Source of the DNA: Chthoniobacteraceae bacterium
GTDB lineage: Bacteria; Verrucomicrobiota; Verrucomicrobiia; Chthoniobacterales; Chthoniobacteraceae
Length of the DNA stretch: 18,491 nucleotides
Direction of reading: 5' to 3'
Assembly (NCBI GenBank): GCA_037190965.1
Contig: JBBCKI010000027.1
Coordinates: forward strand, 1-18,491
A program made the translations under genes and the position numbers. This document shows, piece after piece, positions 15,857-18,491 of this stretch. The notes under the pieces were generated by a model. The model was not told the origin of the DNA. It did no database searches and saw only the letters and a list, made by a program, of their open reading frames with translations. The number at the start of each line of letters is the position of its first letter. Within the stretch, counting starts at the first letter, position 1.

Positions 15857-16618
15857 ATGGGCTGGCCACAACAAGTAAAGAAGCGATTGAAACCATTCGA
15901 AGCGCGGCAAAGCTTGCGGCTTGGCGCCACCGTCATGGCAGCCCTGTTGCTGGGGGCCGCCCCTCCGGGGATTGCCCGCGCGGCGGAAGCCTACCCGAAC
16001 GCCCGCGAGGTCCTCAAACTGGTCAGGGCCAACGAATCGAACCAGAACCAGCGGTTCACCGGCCGCCTTCAGACTTCGAGCAGCGCGGGCAAGATCAATG
16101 TCCCCTTTCGCCTGACGATGCGGGGCGGCACGATCACCTATCAGTTTGTGGACAATCCCCCGGAAACCTTGACCCTGAGGATGGGCGAAAATGGCTCACG
16201 CCTGGACCGCGCCGTCGGCAGCGGCAGGGCCCAGGTGGTCTCCGGCGCGAAGCTCGACGATCTCGTACGGGGGACGGACATCACCTACGAAGATTTCGCC
16301 ATGAAGTTCCTTTACTGGAACAACGCCAAAGTCGTCGGCGATGAAACGGTGATGACGCGTCGTTGCTGGATCGTCCAGGCGGTTCCCTCGAACAGGGGCG
16401 ATTCGCAGTACGACATGGTTCGCCTCTGGGTGGAGAAAACCGGCGGCTTGTTGAGGGCGGAGTGCTATTCGGGAGGCAAGCTGGCCAAGCGTTTTGAAGT
16501 TCGCGCAGTGCAGCGCGCCCCCGGCGGGGGCTACGTGCTCAAAACCATGAAAATCCAAAGACTCGACGCCACGGGACGCGACCGCGCGCCGACGTCTCTC
16601 TTCCTGAGCCCGTCGTAG
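15857..16618 (+). CDS. Outer membrane lipoprotein-sorting (LolA-like) protein
   Basis: Signal peptide ending IARA. GTDITYED, CWIVQAVP....SQY..VRLWV.K...LLRAECY..GKLAKRF pattern of LolA_like proteins. Start uncertain (15857 or 15935). Confidence 0.8.
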   Translation: MGWPQQVKKRLKPFEARQSLRLGATVMAALLLGAAPPGIARAAEAYPNAREVLKLVRANESNQNQRFTGRLQTSSSAGKINVPFRLTMRGGTITYQFVDNPPETLTLRMGENGSRLDRAVGSGRAQVVSGAKLDDLVRGTDITYEDFAMKFLYWNNAKVVGDETVMTRRCWIVQAVPSNRGDSQYDMVRLWVEKTGGLLRAECYSGGKLAKRFEVRAVQRAPGGGYVLKTMKIQRLDATGRDRAPTSLFLSPS

Positions 16619-16673
16619 TTTCCCCACAACAACACGCAAAGGCGGGGCCGCCCGCGATGCGTTGAGGGAAACG

Positions 16674-17945
16674 ATGAAACTCGAAATTGCCAGGATCGCC
16701 AAGGTCATTGCAGCGCTCTGCATGGCCACTTTTCTCCTCCCCCACCCCGAAGCCGAAGGCTCGGCGGGTTGGCCCAGGAAGCGCGTCGCTCCCGCGAGCA
16801 CGCCCAAGCCGGAACCGGTGGCGGAGGCCGAAGCCGCGCCCCCAGCGCCTGAGCCCAAGAGCCGGAATGCGCAGGTCATCGTCCTCGGCTACCACCGTTT
16901 TGTGGACAAAGTAAGGCGCCCCGACACGGAGCTGACTCCCGCCGACTTCGAAGCGCAGATGCAGCAACTCAAGGACGGAGGAGTTACGGTCATCCCGATG
17001 GCCGATTTCCTCGCCTGGAAGCGGGGCGAAAAAGAAATCCCCCCGGCAAGTGCGGTCATCACGCTCGATGACGGCTGGAGATCCCAATACACGGTGGCGT
17101 GGCCAATCCTCAAAAAATTCAACTATCCCTTCACCCTCTTCATCTACACCGACTACGTCAAAGGGGGCGCGAAGGCGGGCGGAGAATCGCTCTCCTGGCA
17201 AGAGCTGGAGGAGTTGAGGGACGGAGGGGTAAACATCGAGAGCCACACCGTCTCCCACGCCGATTTGCGGGGAAAAAAGAACAACCGCAACACGCCGGAA
17301 TATGACGCGTGGCTCAAGAACGAGTTGCAAGGCTCCAAGCAGATGTTGGAACAACGCCTTGGCATCAAAATCCGCGCCCTGGCGCTGCCATACGGCTTCT
17401 ACAACGCGAAAGTCCAGGAGGCCGCCAAGGAAGCCGGATACGAGGCCATCTTCACCGTCAATGGGCAGAAGACCACCTATTCCACGCCGTCGCTTGCCAT
17501 CGGCCGCCTGATTGTCGAATCCAAAAAAGACAAACTCTTCGCGGATTCGATTCGCTTCAACGAGAAATCAGGCGGCGGCGCGCCACCCGTGGCTGAACTC
17601 GCCCCCTCAGCCGTAGCAATGGAACCTGCCCAGGGAGCAACGCTGACCGACCATCGCCCCATCATCAAAGCGAACCTTCGGCCTTTCGGAAAATTCGACC
17701 CCGCCTCACTCTCCATGCGCTTGAGCGGCATCGGCCCGGTGGAAGCAAAGTACGACCCGGCCACCCAAACGCTTAGCTATCAACCCCCGGCCAACCTGGC
17801 CCCGAGCAACTACACGGTCATCATTTCGGCCATGAGCGGAGGCGCGAAACAGGAGTCCCGCTGGAGCTTCACTGTTGGCCCGGAGGCCAAGGTGGAAGAG
17901 GGAGCGAAAGAGGAAACACCGCCCGCTCCCACCGCCACGCCGTAA
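16674..17945 (+). CDS. Exported polysaccharide deacetylase (CE4/NodB, PgaB/IcaB-like) with C-terminal beta domain
   Basis: LGYHRF, ITLDDGW, ESHTVSH (metal His pair), ALPYG; signal peptide, Pro/Ala linker and an Ig-like beta-rich tail. ATG 16674 follows GAGGG. Confidence 0.92.
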   Translation: MKLEIARIAKVIAALCMATFLLPHPEAEGSAGWPRKRVAPASTPKPEPVAEAEAAPPAPEPKSRNAQVIVLGYHRFVDKVRRPDTELTPADFEAQMQQLKDGGVTVIPMADFLAWKRGEKEIPPASAVITLDDGWRSQYTVAWPILKKFNYPFTLFIYTDYVKGGAKAGGESLSWQELEELRDGGVNIESHTVSHADLRGKKNNRNTPEYDAWLKNELQGSKQMLEQRLGIKIRALALPYGFYNAKVQEAAKEAGYEAIFTVNGQKTTYSTPSLAIGRLIVESKKDKLFADSIRFNEKSGGGAPPVAELAPSAVAMEPAQGATLTDHRPIIKANLRPFGKFDPASLSMRLSGIGPVEAKYDPATQTLSYQPPANLAPSNYTVIISAMSGGAKQESRWSFTVGPEAKVEEGAKEETPPAPTATP

Positions 17946-17951
17946 GGTGGT

Positions 17952-18416
17952 TCAGATACCAAGTTTCAACTCCGGAGCCGCATCCGGGCTCCATGGATTG
18001 GCCTCATAGGCGGAATCCCCGATTGCTTCGGCCTGCGCTTCGCAAAACCGAATCAGCGCCTCCACGTCGAGCGAGAGATGGGCTGGGCGGTAAGGCGCGA
18101 GATTTCCCATTGCCAGCCGGAAAAGCCGGGAAGCGGGGCGGAGGCGCCGCCCATCCTTGGGATGATCCGGCCGCAAAAACTGCTTTTTGAGATGCACAAA
18201 CGCTCCGGCGACCTGGATCAACCCCTTGAAAAACGCGGCATCTTCGCTCCCGAGCGCTTTTTCCTTGAGCCAGAGGTGCTCCAGAACGTCGTGTGCCTCG
18301 TAGTAAAGCTGCTCGTTAAAACATTGAAAATAAGCCAGATAATGTCGGTCAAGCCCCTCTTCAGGAGCAGCCCCGAGATTTTCCACGAAAGCTTCGATGC
18401 GGTCGCTTTTTTTCAT
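17952..18416 (-). CDS. DUF309 domain-containing protein
   Basis: FNEQLYYEAHDVLEHLW and FFKGLIQVAGAFVH motifs. Start set at MKKSDRI. Confidence 0.88.
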   Translation of the reverse strand: MKKSDRIEAFVENLGAAPEEGLDRHYLAYFQCFNEQLYYEAHDVLEHLWLKEKALGSEDAAFFKGLIQVAGAFVHLKKQFLRPDHPKDGRRLRPASRLFRLAMGNLAPYRPAHLSLDVEALIRFCEAQAEAIGDSAYEANPWSPDAAPELKLGI

Positions 18417-18491
18417 AGCGTGATCCGAAGGGAACTCTAAAATCCCTACCATGTTTCGCAAGCATGAGGCTTCGGCAATCGTCTGAAACAG

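Noticed and set aside
12484..17354. Antisense ORFs 12484..13425, 15059..15670, 16196..16879 and 16539..17354
   Set aside because: Shadows of the GT2, PAP2, LolA-like and deacetylase genes.

Overview
GC-rich bacterial chromosomal segment, probably PVC superphylum/Verrucomicrobia-like (inferred from the PEP-CTERM genes and conserved hypothetical families). The right-hand ~15 kb is mostly core or housekeeping: valS, an Hsp20 with an unusual C-terminal extension, a sterol desaturase/fatty-acid hydroxylase, an atypical SDR epimerase plus DapA-like aldolase pair, a secreted HEWGTFT-motif protein, tRNA-Val(TAC), a probable RlpA/DPBB-like exported protein, a coupled PAP2 - ArnT/GT39 - GT2 envelope glycosylation operon, a divergent LolA-like protein plus CE4 deacetylase, and a DUF309 protein. 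The left ~3.2 kb downstream of valS is an accessory patch and the most interesting part. Two PEP-CTERM surface-protein genes are bracketed by two 153-bp, ~89% identical, four-hairpin REPIN/MITE-like elements in inverted orientation. A low-GC orphan gene sits between a 21-bp truncated copy of that element and a full copy. A second, GTAG-type REP family is present in four copies. No transposase, integrase or CRISPR array is visible in the window.
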